From Omnitrophica WOR_2 bacterium GWF2_43_52 (lineage in GTDB: Bacteria; Omnitrophota; Gorgyraeia; Gygaellales; UBA12090), in the NCBI GenBank assembly GCA_001805445.1, contig MHGF01000003.1:248429-312428 (forward strand): a stretch of DNA of 64,000 nucleotides, in the 5' to 3' direction. The notes under the pieces are model-generated. The model did not search any database and had not been told where the DNA came from. It worked only from the letters and a program-made list of their open reading frames with translations. Numbering within the stretch: the stretch's first letter is position 1; each line of letters begins with the position of its first letter. Positions 28,790 through 37,696 of this stretch are shown in pieces. Made by a program: the position numbers and the translations under genes.

Positions 28790-30663
28790 GCCGATATTTT
28801 GTGTTTCTGCAAGTACTCTATCACTTCTTCCAATTCTTTAAGTACTGCCTGCATCGTTAGGTTCTCCATTGAACTCGCCGCATAACGGGCTATATCGCAT
28901 TCTTTAAAAATATCCCTCAGTTTATCAAGAATATCCTGGGGAATACTTTGATGGCGAGAAATTTCATCAATCACGCTTATTGTTATACCCTGCGAGGGCA
29001 GGTGAAAATAATCCCCCAGATATTCTTGTAGCGTCTGAAACACTGCATCAAAATATCCTATTTTATCGGTTTTCGCTAATAACTGCTCTGCCTTACGAAT
29101 CCCCTCTCTTGCCTTACGGGGAGCAGAAAGAGCTCGCGCATATCGAATATCAGTCCTTAATTTACGATTCCTCGCTCGCCATACAGAAAATAAAATAAAA
29201 CATAAAAACGGCACAAACTGAGCGGTAAGAAAGAGTTTATTTTTATAAAGGAAACTGCCTTTTTTCATCACTTTACCCATCGATGTCTTGATATAGACAA
29301 TATCCCTGCCTAATTTTTCTACACTACGGCTAGTAGCATTTAACTGTTGAAGAGCTTCAACAACCTTTAATTCTTCCTGTTTATCCAGCTTGGTTACCTT
29401 AAGAGGAAACGGCCCCTTGGTAATGGACTCATACCTTGCGGTTTCGGGGTTAAAGAAATGAAATGTCAATAAAGGCAGTTCCCGAATCTTTTCATCCAAA
29501 GGAATAATAACCTGCGTAAAAGACTTACTCTCTTTTTCCTGCTTTACCTGGGGCTCATATACCTTAAGGTTATCCTGTGCCTTACATTGAGGAACGGTAA
29601 CGGTATTAAGATTCCCATTTCCGCGAATCATCCCTTTGAGGGTTATGGGATCTCCTACCTTCACCTCCTGAGGGCTGGCAGAGACATCAAAATCAAAATT
29701 TCCGACAGCCCCGCTGTAATTTTCAGGCTTACCTTCCTCAGGCAGGTTCGTTACGGTAATCGGGATATCAGCAGATTTTAAGATTATCGGCTGTTTCCGG
29801 TATGAACCAAAGAAGTCATCAATAACCGAAGAATCAAAGAAATCGTCAAAATTCGTAAAGCCGTCTCGTCGTCTCTGTTTTCGTATAATCAGGTTACATT
29901 GTAACTGGGCAGGGCCAAGCCGTGCCTCTTGCGGCTTGAGCCCGAAAAACGCGGCGTTAAGCTCAATCACCTCATACTGGATATCTCCCAAGACTTCCTG
30001 ATATTGCCGTGGCTGCTGGAATTCAGAAACGAAAAAGCCGTCATGCGTTAAGGTAGGGAATTGTATATCTGTTACCCCTACTTCACGCACATACAATTTT
30101 ATGGTAAGCGCCGCAACCTCATTGATATAGAGCTTATTCTTTTTTGGTTGTATCACCAGAAATACCTTGTCGTTTACATCGCTTAGGATATCCTGCTCTG
30201 AAGAGCCGGAGGGCGTATTTTTTTGCACCTGGCCCTGTACCACCTCAAGGATAACAGTACCCGAGGTATAGGTATCGCCATGGTAATCGAACTTCCATGG
30301 CCCTAAGGTATACCTGCCTGCCTTTGCGGGAAAAAGCGAATAAATATGGGTAATAGAACTCGACATCTGGCCGTTTACTATGGATACCCTTGTGGCGGGG
30401 CCTTGATAACGCACTCCAAGGCCATCTATAAGAGGAACATTAAAAACCGGGATATTTTGTGTATCGTTAAAAGTAAGGTTGAGTGTCGTCGTATCGCCAA
30501 GGGATATTCTGGCAGACTCAACCTCAATCTCGAAATTAATATCCTTGGCAAAACCAGTATGGCTGAAGAAGCAGAAAAATAAGTAAAAAAGACAGCCTCC
30601 GGCTATGCTTAGCTTACCAACAGTTCCACGCCTACTTTCACTCTGAAACATTACCCTCACCAA
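28786..30663 (-). CDS. batD: BatD-like oxygen-tolerance protein
   Basis: Signal/TM N-terminus, large beta-rich extracytoplasmic region, internal TM and C-terminal cytoplasmic region, in Bat operon order. Confidence 0.7.
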   Translation of the reverse strand: MVRVMFQSESRRGTVGKLSIAGGCLFYLFFCFFSHTGFAKDINFEIEVESARISLGDTTTLNLTFNDTQNIPVFNVPLIDGLGVRYQGPATRVSIVNGQMSSSITHIYSLFPAKAGRYTLGPWKFDYHGDTYTSGTVILEVVQGQVQKNTPSGSSEQDILSDVNDKVFLVIQPKKNKLYINEVAALTIKLYVREVGVTDIQFPTLTHDGFFVSEFQQPRQYQEVLGDIQYEVIELNAAFFGLKPQEARLGPAQLQCNLIIRKQRRRDGFTNFDDFFDSSVIDDFFGSYRKQPIILKSADIPITVTNLPEEGKPENYSGAVGNFDFDVSASPQEVKVGDPITLKGMIRGNGNLNTVTVPQCKAQDNLKVYEPQVKQEKESKSFTQVIIPLDEKIRELPLLTFHFFNPETARYESITKGPFPLKVTKLDKQEELKVVEALQQLNATSRSVEKLGRDIVYIKTSMGKVMKKGSFLYKNKLFLTAQFVPFLCFILFSVWRARNRKLRTDIRYARALSAPRKAREGIRKAEQLLAKTDKIGYFDAVFQTLQEYLGDYFHLPSQGITISVIDEISRHQSIPQDILDKLRDIFKECDIARYAASSMENLTMQAVLKELEEVIEYLQKHKISA

Positions 30664-31562
30664 TCCTTTTCAGGAGCCCTAAGTTGCCCTTCTCGCATAT
30701 ACTGGAGATGCCCCTGGGCATTTTCTTCCTGCCGGAATCCCTCAAGAAGCATCGCAGCTTCCTCGGAAGACATCTCTTGTGTTTCTTGCGCCTCTGGCGC
30801 AGGCTCGCCTGGATCAGAAGGGGCAGTGTCTTCTTCAAAAGGGGCTCTCTCTTTGCCATCTTTTTCTTTAGCCTCTTCCTGCTTGAGCGCTTGTCTCTTT
30901 TCTGCGCCCTGCCCCTCTTCTTTTTTTTGCCCTTCTGCTTCCTGAGGCTTCCCCTCTTCCTGTTTTTGCTCTTGTGGTTCTTGACCTTGCCGCTCTTCTG
31001 GGCCAGGCTTTTGTTCTGTTGACCCCTGGCCTTCCTGTTTTTGCCCCTGGCCACCCTTTTTGTTTTCTTGTTGCAGCTTATCCAAAAGTGTTTTGAGCTC
31101 TTTTTCCACCACCTCATGGTTGAGCTTGGCTTTTTTATCTTTGCTATTTAATTCTATTGCCTTCTTATAGTAGTCAAGTGCCTGGCGCAATAATCGCACC
31201 GCGGATTGAAGATCGGTGTGAACCTTGCGTTTTCCAAGTTTGTACTTTGCGTTACCGATATTGTAATGCGCCTTTGCCTCCAGGCGCTTATCATCGGATA
31301 AGAGCGCTTTCTCAAATAAACCAATCGCCTTCTCATAATCACCTTTCTTAAACCAGGCAGTGCCGGCATTAAAGTTAATAGCGGCTGAATCAGGATCAGC
31401 AAGAAGGGCTTCATTATACAGGGTTAAGGCTTTATCATGGGCACCCGCCCTCATAAAGGCGTTAGCTTTGGCTACTATGGCCGAGGCGTCTTTGGCAAAA
31501 GCCTCCGGGCAAACAAACAAACACAGTAACAGGAGAAAAAGAAAAAAGGCCTTTCGCTTCAT
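30657..31562 (-). CDS. batC: BatC-like TPR protein with a charged low-complexity tail
   Basis: Signal peptide, TPR repeats, then a ~130 aa E/K/Q/G-rich tail. Confidence 0.65.
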   Translation of the reverse strand: MKRKAFFLFLLLLCLFVCPEAFAKDASAIVAKANAFMRAGAHDKALTLYNEALLADPDSAAINFNAGTAWFKKGDYEKAIGLFEKALLSDDKRLEAKAHYNIGNAKYKLGKRKVHTDLQSAVRLLRQALDYYKKAIELNSKDKKAKLNHEVVEKELKTLLDKLQQENKKGGQGQKQEGQGSTEQKPGPEERQGQEPQEQKQEEGKPQEAEGQKKEEGQGAEKRQALKQEEAKEKDGKERAPFEEDTAPSDPGEPAPEAQETQEMSSEEAAMLLEGFRQEENAQGHLQYMREGQLRAPEKDW

Positions 31563-32560
31563 GTTTTTTTTGTATCGCTTATGAATGGCTCAACCAGGAA
31601 AAACAAAAGCGCAAACGCCAAAGGAATCTGAAATCTTTCTTCATACTGTTTATTCATCGCGCCTTTTATTTCGCGTTTTTCCATTTTTGAGAATTTTTCT
31701 TTATACAAGAGCTCAAGGCCAAATTCTGCGCTTGTCGAACGCACATAACTACCCATTGTCATTAACGCGATTTTCTGTAGCGTAACTTCATCCAAACGTG
31801 ACTTTACCACATTGCCTACCCTATCTTTTAAAAACTCCTTTTGCCCGCTCTCGGTAGTTATGGAAATAAGTTCACCCTCACGGGTACCTATGCCGATACA
31901 GAACACCGTAATCCCTTCTTTTTTGGCCTCTTCGACAACCTTGAGGGGATCGCCTTCGTGGTCCTCCCCGTCGGTAATAATCACCAGGACCTTATGTTTT
32001 TTCTGGCCACCCTCATAACTGCGCAAAGCCTCACGCAAGGCGCTTGATAATGAGGTGCCTCCTTGCGGTATCGTAGTGACATCAAGGCTATCCAGGGAAA
32101 GCAAGAATCCTCCATAGTCATAGGTAAGCGGACATTGCAGAAACGCGCTCCCCGCAAAGGCAATTAAGCCAATCCTGTCCCCGCGGAGATTTTTCGTAAA
32201 ATCTCTCAATGCCAGTTTTGTCCTCTCCAGCCTGTTTGGTTTGATATCTTCAGCAAGCATGCTTTTTGAGGTATCTACGGCTACCACGATATCCAAACCT
32301 TTTCGTTTTAGCTCCTCCCAATGGAATCCCCACTGCGGCCGTAGTAACGCGCAAAAACAAAATAAGATTCCAACCATAAGCACGCCGGCCTTAAGTTTTT
32401 GCTTGGCCACATCCACTGAAACCATTAATTCCGGCAGAAGCCGCGGATCCGCGACCTTTCGTAGTATTCGTCTGCGCCTGATAAAAGACCAACCGTAAAA
32501 ACCAATGAGAATACCAGCGGCCGCGATGCTATAAAGAAAATATGGCTCGGCAAATCTCAT
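31559..32560 (-). CDS. batB: BatB-like von Willebrand factor A domain membrane protein
   Basis: vWA MIDAS motif VVAVDTSKSM. Two N-terminal TM helices. Confidence 0.8.
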   Translation of the reverse strand: MRFAEPYFLYSIAAAGILIGFYGWSFIRRRRILRKVADPRLLPELMVSVDVAKQKLKAGVLMVGILFCFCALLRPQWGFHWEELKRKGLDIVVAVDTSKSMLAEDIKPNRLERTKLALRDFTKNLRGDRIGLIAFAGSAFLQCPLTYDYGGFLLSLDSLDVTTIPQGGTSLSSALREALRSYEGGQKKHKVLVIITDGEDHEGDPLKVVEEAKKEGITVFCIGIGTREGELISITTESGQKEFLKDRVGNVVKSRLDEVTLQKIALMTMGSYVRSTSAEFGLELLYKEKFSKMEKREIKGAMNKQYEERFQIPLAFALLFFLVEPFISDTKKT

Positions 32561-32562
32561 CG

Positions 32563-33558
32563 TTAAGGTATTTTCATCAATACAGTATTCGAAAGAATAA
32601 TTTCAAGGAGTACCAAGGCTAATCCCGGAATCAGGAAATAAGGGAAAAACTCCCTGTATTCCAGATATCCTTTTTCTTCTATAGTTGTTTTCTCTAACCG
32701 GCCTATTTCCTTGTAAATCTCCCTAAGGCTTTCAGTATCGGTAGCACGGAAATATCTGCCGCTGGTTTTCTGGGCTATCTTCTGTAAGGTATCCTCATCA
32801 ATATCCACGCGTATTGGCTGATAAACGGTATTACCAAAAAAATCTTTTGCCGGATAAGGCGCCAAACCTTTGGTACCTGCTCCAATCGTATATATTTTGA
32901 CCTTCAAAGCGCTGGCAGCTTCCGCGGCCGCCAGAGGCGAAATGGTGCCGGTATTATTCCTGCCATCAGTAAGTACAATAAGCACCTTGCTTTTTGCTTT
33001 TACGTTTTTAAGCCGGTTTAAAGAAGATGCTATCCCTGAGCCAAGGGCAGTTCCGTCTTCTATCAAGCCGGCCTTGATTCTCTCTAAATTTTCTAAGAGC
33101 CATCCGTAATCAAGGGTCAAAGGACACACCATATACGCCCTGGCCGCGAACGCGACAATACCAATGCGGTCATGAGTCCTGCCCTTTATAAAATCCTTAA
33201 CTACGGCTTTAATTACCTCAAGCCTGTTTTGCCGGCGGCCGGTGAGCGTAAAATCCTCGGCCAACATGCTCGTTGAGCAGTCAAGGGCAAGGACAATCTC
33301 TATTCCTTCCGACTCTATCTTAGACTCAGCAATCGGTGACTGCGGCCGCGCCAAAGCAAGAATAATCAAACTCACTGATAGAGCGCGTAAAAGAAACAGA
33401 TTGCCTGCTGCCTTAAGCTTAAAAGAAGCTTTTACTCCCTCTACCAGCCGAAGCGTAGAAAACTTAAGCCCTGAGCTTAAAGAGGCTGCTCGGGAATACA
33501 GGATAACAGTAACAGCAAAGGGTATAAACAACAAAAAAAGCGGATTATGAAAAAACAT
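32563..33558 (-). CDS. batA: BatA-like von Willebrand factor A domain membrane protein
   Basis: vWA MIDAS motif VLALDCSTSM. N-terminal and C-terminal TM helices. Confidence 0.8.
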   Translation of the reverse strand: MFFHNPLFLLFIPFAVTVILYSRAASLSSGLKFSTLRLVEGVKASFKLKAAGNLFLLRALSVSLIILALARPQSPIAESKIESEGIEIVLALDCSTSMLAEDFTLTGRRQNRLEVIKAVVKDFIKGRTHDRIGIVAFAARAYMVCPLTLDYGWLLENLERIKAGLIEDGTALGSGIASSLNRLKNVKAKSKVLIVLTDGRNNTGTISPLAAAEAASALKVKIYTIGAGTKGLAPYPAKDFFGNTVYQPIRVDIDEDTLQKIAQKTSGRYFRATDTESLREIYKEIGRLEKTTIEEKGYLEYREFFPYFLIPGLALVLLEIILSNTVLMKIP

Positions 33559-33586
33559 TCTAACGCCTGCTTATGAGCCTTGCCTA

Positions 33587-34552
33587 TTACGAGGCAGCGG
33601 CTCCCTGTAATTCTTCTTTAGTCTGATCAACCAACTTCTTGGCTCTTTCAAACGCCGCAGCAACCTCATCAGAGACAGGCAGATATTTTGCGAACTTGAC
33701 CAAATCACACGAAGTAAGAAACTCACGCAGCAATAGTTTTTGCTCAATGCTTAAGCGCGAGGCAGCTTGAGCACTGGACAAGAACTCTTCGGTAGTCATT
33801 TCCGGAGCCCTCAGGCTAAACCTGTTCTCAAGATAACGGCGGATGATATCTGAAATCTCCACAAAATACTCTTTACTCCTACCTTGCCGGATAAAATCTT
33901 TTTTCTCTAAAGCCTCAAGCTGTTCATAGGCTATTTCATGCGCAGGCCGTGGAAACGCTAAAGGCGCCCCTATCTTTTTCTTCATTAAAACCAGCGTTAT
34001 CCCTAAAAGCCCCGTAAGCACTATGAGCGCTAACCACAGCGCTATCCTGCTCTTTTTTGAAGGTAAAGGTACAGGGTTCTCTATATCCGCGATATCAACC
34101 TCAATACTGCCAGCCTTATCCAAAACACTTCTTACTTCGATTTCCACTTCCTCTGTTTCTTTCTGGCTCCATTCCGTATCAGCCTTGGCTTTATACTTTA
34201 TTATTGCCTTAGGAATTGTTACTTTCCCTGTTACATAGGTATCCAACACATACCATTGCCTGAGGGTTTGTCTGCCAAAAGAGCTTTGTTTTTGAAAACC
34301 AAAATCCTTAATGGCAAAATCCCCTACTATAGCTCCAAAATCAGGAAACTGCACTTCGATATTTTTAAGCGCGCGCACCGTTATTTCATAGCGTATCTTA
34401 TCGCCGATAGTAACTGATTTCTTATCAACCGATACCCTCACCCCTACCGGCTCCCGGCCTTTATCCAATACTTGCGCTAAAACCAAAGCCATAGGCCATA
34501 CAAAAACCAATGTTACTATGGAAAATAACAGTTTAGTGCTTAGTTTTCTCAT
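33587..34552 (-). CDS. membrane protein of the Bat operon (BatD-N-like beta domain + TM + DUF4381-like tail)
   Basis: Signal peptide, a BatD-N-terminus-like segment (VSVDKKSVTIGDKIRYEITV), TM helix and a cytoplasmic helical tail. It occupies the position of the DUF4381 gene in Bat operons. Confidence 0.4.
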   Translation of the reverse strand: MRKLSTKLLFSIVTLVFVWPMALVLAQVLDKGREPVGVRVSVDKKSVTIGDKIRYEITVRALKNIEVQFPDFGAIVGDFAIKDFGFQKQSSFGRQTLRQWYVLDTYVTGKVTIPKAIIKYKAKADTEWSQKETEEVEIEVRSVLDKAGSIEVDIADIENPVPLPSKKSRIALWLALIVLTGLLGITLVLMKKKIGAPLAFPRPAHEIAYEQLEALEKKDFIRQGRSKEYFVEISDIIRRYLENRFSLRAPEMTTEEFLSSAQAASRLSIEQKLLLREFLTSCDLVKFAKYLPVSDEVAAAFERAKKLVDQTKEELQGAAAS

Positions 34553-35738
34553 TCTCTGAATCTATCTGATACAGGATTTTGACGTCTTTACTTTCTAAAA
34601 CCTTGGTAAGCAGGGAGTTTAAAAGCTCTTCTTGCTTCTGCCTACGGTACTCACTCTCGGCTCTTTTCTTAACCTCATCAAAGCTTAAAAGCCTTTCCTG
34701 CCTTTTATCATCAATGGAAAAAACATAGAACGTATCTTTTATTTTTATCGGCTCGCTCATGCTTCGCTTTTCCTGCCGTATGAGGGCGTCAATGGCTCCC
34801 GCGGCATCGGAAATTTCTCCGATAGAGGTTTGGCCCTTTACAATCCAGCCATCTATCCGATAACCGTGGCCCTGACTAAGTGAGTTCATGGCCTCATCCT
34901 TTTTGGCGGGATCGGGAATAACCATATAGCTTACCTTGACTGCCGGGGGTATGGCATACTTGTCCATGTTGGCTTTATAATACATCTCAACATCCTGGGG
35001 GCTGATTTTTAAAGCAGGCGCCATTTCCGCGACAAGCAATTGCTGTAGTACAACTTGTTTTTTAAAGTCTTCTACTGCTTGGCGGACTTTTGTTGATTTA
35101 TCCAAGCCTAATTTTTTTGCCCTATCATGCAAAACTTCCCTGGCAACATACTCTTTGATATAGCGCAATTTCCCCTCAGGGCCGCTGAAGGCTTCTGACA
35201 TCCCTTCAGGAAGGCCGCTGATTTCCTTATCAATTTCTGACATGGTAATTTCTCTTTTTGCGATCTGTGCCACAACGGTATCTGAAGGCGCCTTCTGTTC
35301 CGTAATCGAGGTACGCGAGGATAGCTCATAGTCAGCCTGCTGGCCTAATCCTGCCTTCTCCAGCGCCTCAACAATAAGCTCATTCATCCTGGGGATAAAT
35401 TCCGCCTGCCTGTCCAGAAGTTCTGCCTTGTAAAAAAAGGCTAACGCGTTTTCGTAGAGCGATAGATCCATAAAAATCGTTCCCAACCTATAGCAAAGCC
35501 CGGCCTGGGTTTTAGCGTCCCCGGGATTTTTGTCAATATACTCCTTAAGGCTTAGCGCCGCCTGAGCGGATAATCCTTTGGCAAGGAGAGTGTTGACGTA
35601 TTCTAATTGCAGTTTCTGACTCCAGCTTGAGGAAGCCGCGCCAGAGGCTTTGGCTGTAATCGGAATCTTGAAAAAGTATAAAACCGCTGCCGCTATGATC
35701 ATAAGGCTTCCTAAAAAAACAAAAAATGAATTTTTCAT
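34533..35738 (-). CDS. TPR + SurA-N/PpiC-like chaperone-like membrane protein
   Basis: N-terminal TM, TPR-like segment, then a region resembling the SurA N-terminal chaperone domain (YIKEYVAREVLHDRAKKLGL) and a degenerate parvulin-like C-terminus. Confidence 0.45.
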   Translation of the reverse strand: MKNSFFVFLGSLMIIAAAVLYFFKIPITAKASGAASSSWSQKLQLEYVNTLLAKGLSAQAALSLKEYIDKNPGDAKTQAGLCYRLGTIFMDLSLYENALAFFYKAELLDRQAEFIPRMNELIVEALEKAGLGQQADYELSSRTSITEQKAPSDTVVAQIAKREITMSEIDKEISGLPEGMSEAFSGPEGKLRYIKEYVAREVLHDRAKKLGLDKSTKVRQAVEDFKKQVVLQQLLVAEMAPALKISPQDVEMYYKANMDKYAIPPAVKVSYMVIPDPAKKDEAMNSLSQGHGYRIDGWIVKGQTSIGEISDAAGAIDALIRQEKRSMSEPIKIKDTFYVFSIDDKRQERLLSFDEVKKRAESEYRRQKQEELLNSLLTKVLESKDVKILYQIDSENEKTKH

Positions 35739-36619
35739 TATGTGCGCATTCTCCTTTCTCTCGCCCGGAAAAACGAAAACAGGCTTTTTGAATACGGGAT
35801 ATCCGTGCGGATATCAATCGCGTCAATACCGCAGGACCGAAAAAGCAATTGTCTTTCTCTGGCTATCGCCTGCGCGCGCAAGGCATACGCATGGCAGGCC
35901 GAGGGATCAGAGGTATCCAGGAAATAACCCTCCTTTGTTTCGGAATCATAGAGTTTAAGGAGCCCGGCACGAGGTAACGATATCTCTAAAGGATCGGTAA
36001 TAGTAATGGCAATAAGGTCATGGCGCTTATTAGTAAGGGTAAGCATTTTTTTACAATCACCGGCATAAAAATCAGAAATAATAAAAGCTACGGTCTTACG
36101 GGTAGTTACCCTATTCAAATATTCTAAGGCTAAGGAGATATCCGTCCCCTTACCTTGCGGCCTGCCATAGAGGGCCTCGCGGATAACCCGCAGGACATGG
36201 CGCGTGCCTTTACGCGCGGGCACAAACTTTTCTATTCTATCGCTAAAGTTAATAAGCCCTACTTTATCGTTATTACGGATGGCTGAAAAAGCCAGGACTG
36301 AACATATCTGGGCGGCAACCTGCATCTTGAGGCTCTTGACGGTGCCGAAAAAAGAGGATGCCGACATATCCAAAACAAGCATCACCGTCAATTCCCTTTC
36401 TTCAACGAATTTTTTGATATAGGGTTCTCCTGTGCGGGCAGTAACGTTCCAGTCAATGGAGCGGATTTCATCCCCGGGCTGATACTGGCGCACCTCATCA
36501 AATTCCATACCCTTACCTTTAAAGACACTCTGGTATTGGCCGGCAAAGATATCGCTTACCATGCGGGAGGTTGTAATTTGGATGCGGCGGATGTTCTTTA
36601 ATACTTCCTTGGGAATCAT
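35738..36619 (-). CDS. DUF58 protein (vWA-like, MoxR partner)
   Basis: Characteristic DUF58 N-terminal motif (FKGKGMEFDEVRQYQPGDEIRSIDW) immediately downstream of moxR. Confidence 0.8.
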   Translation of the reverse strand: MIPKEVLKNIRRIQITTSRMVSDIFAGQYQSVFKGKGMEFDEVRQYQPGDEIRSIDWNVTARTGEPYIKKFVEERELTVMLVLDMSASSFFGTVKSLKMQVAAQICSVLAFSAIRNNDKVGLINFSDRIEKFVPARKGTRHVLRVIREALYGRPQGKGTDISLALEYLNRVTTRKTVAFIISDFYAGDCKKMLTLTNKRHDLIAITITDPLEISLPRAGLLKLYDSETKEGYFLDTSDPSACHAYALRAQAIARERQLLFRSCGIDAIDIRTDIPYSKSLFSFFRARERRMRT

Positions 36620-36660
36620 TTTTCAACCTCTGCTAACGAGCTGAAAATTGACAGCCTATA

Positions 36661-37653
36661 CTAAGGAACTTCTATTTCGCTTAAGATTTTGGTAACGATG
36701 TCTTCGGAGGTTTTTTCTTCCGCTTCTGCTTCGTAGCTTACAATAACACGGTGGCGCAAGATATCAAGGGCTATGGATTTGATATCCTGGGGAGTAACAT
36801 AGCCCCTGCCTTGGGTAAAGGCGTATGCCTTTGCCGCTATGGTAAGATAAATGGTGGCACGGGGGCTTGCGCCATATTGAATAAGGTTTACCAGCTCATC
36901 AAGTTTGTATTTTTTAGGTTCACGGGTGGCAAAAATAATATCAAGGATGTATTTCTCCAATTTCTCATCAAGGTATATTTCATCAACGACACCCCGCGCC
37001 CTCATAATATCAACAGGGCTAATCACCGCGGTTACATCATTTTTCTTGCTGGTAAAACTCATTGCCTTAAGGATCTTATGCTCTTCTTCGCGCGTCGGGT
37101 AGTTCATGCGTATCTTGAGCATGAATCTATCCACTTGAGCTTCCGGCAAAGGATACGTTCCTTCCTGCTCAATAGGATTTTGGGTTGCCATAACCAGAAA
37201 GGGCTCATCTAACAAAAAGGTATGTTCACCGATAGTTACCTGCCTTTCCTGCATGGCTTCTAAGAGCGCGCTTTGCACCTTAGCGGGTGCCCGGTTTATT
37301 TCATCCGCCAAAATGATATTGGCAAAAATCGGCCCCTTTCTGGTGGTAAATGTCCCTTCTTTTGGGTTATAAACCAATGTCCCCACCAAATCAGCGGGTA
37401 AAAGGTCAGGGGTAAATTGTATTCTCTGGAATTTCGTGTTGATCGCGCCGGAGAGTGTTTTAATAGAGAGCGTTTTCGCCAGCCCAGGGACTCCCTCAAC
37501 CAAGATATGTCCATTTGCCAAAAGCCCCACAAGCAAGCGATTGATTACATACTCTTGTCCGATAATCACTTTGCGGATTTCCGCGGTAAGCATATTCACA
37601 AAGGCACTTTCTTGAGCAACCTTTTCATTGATAGCGGTAAGCCCGGAGCCCAT
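36661..37653 (-). CDS. moxR: MoxR-family AAA+ ATPase
   Basis: Walker A GVPGLAKT, Walker B ILADEINR, MoxR-type layout, 330 aa. Confidence 0.9.
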   Translation of the reverse strand: MGSGLTAINEKVAQESAFVNMLTAEIRKVIIGQEYVINRLLVGLLANGHILVEGVPGLAKTLSIKTLSGAINTKFQRIQFTPDLLPADLVGTLVYNPKEGTFTTRKGPIFANIILADEINRAPAKVQSALLEAMQERQVTIGEHTFLLDEPFLVMATQNPIEQEGTYPLPEAQVDRFMLKIRMNYPTREEEHKILKAMSFTSKKNDVTAVISPVDIMRARGVVDEIYLDEKLEKYILDIIFATREPKKYKLDELVNLIQYGASPRATIYLTIAAKAYAFTQGRGYVTPQDIKSIALDILRHRVIVSYEAEAEEKTSEDIVTKILSEIEVP

Positions 37654-37696
37654 ATCTGTCTTTCTCCTTTCTCTTGATATATAATCCTTAAAATTA

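Noticed and set aside
30638-31117. 159-aa Arg/Lys-rich ORF on the minus strand overlapping batC
   Set aside because: It is the alternative frame of the GAA/AAG/CAG-rich DNA encoding BatC's charged low-complexity tail. No start context and no independent signal. The plus-strand ORF 30684-31022 is also a frame artefact.
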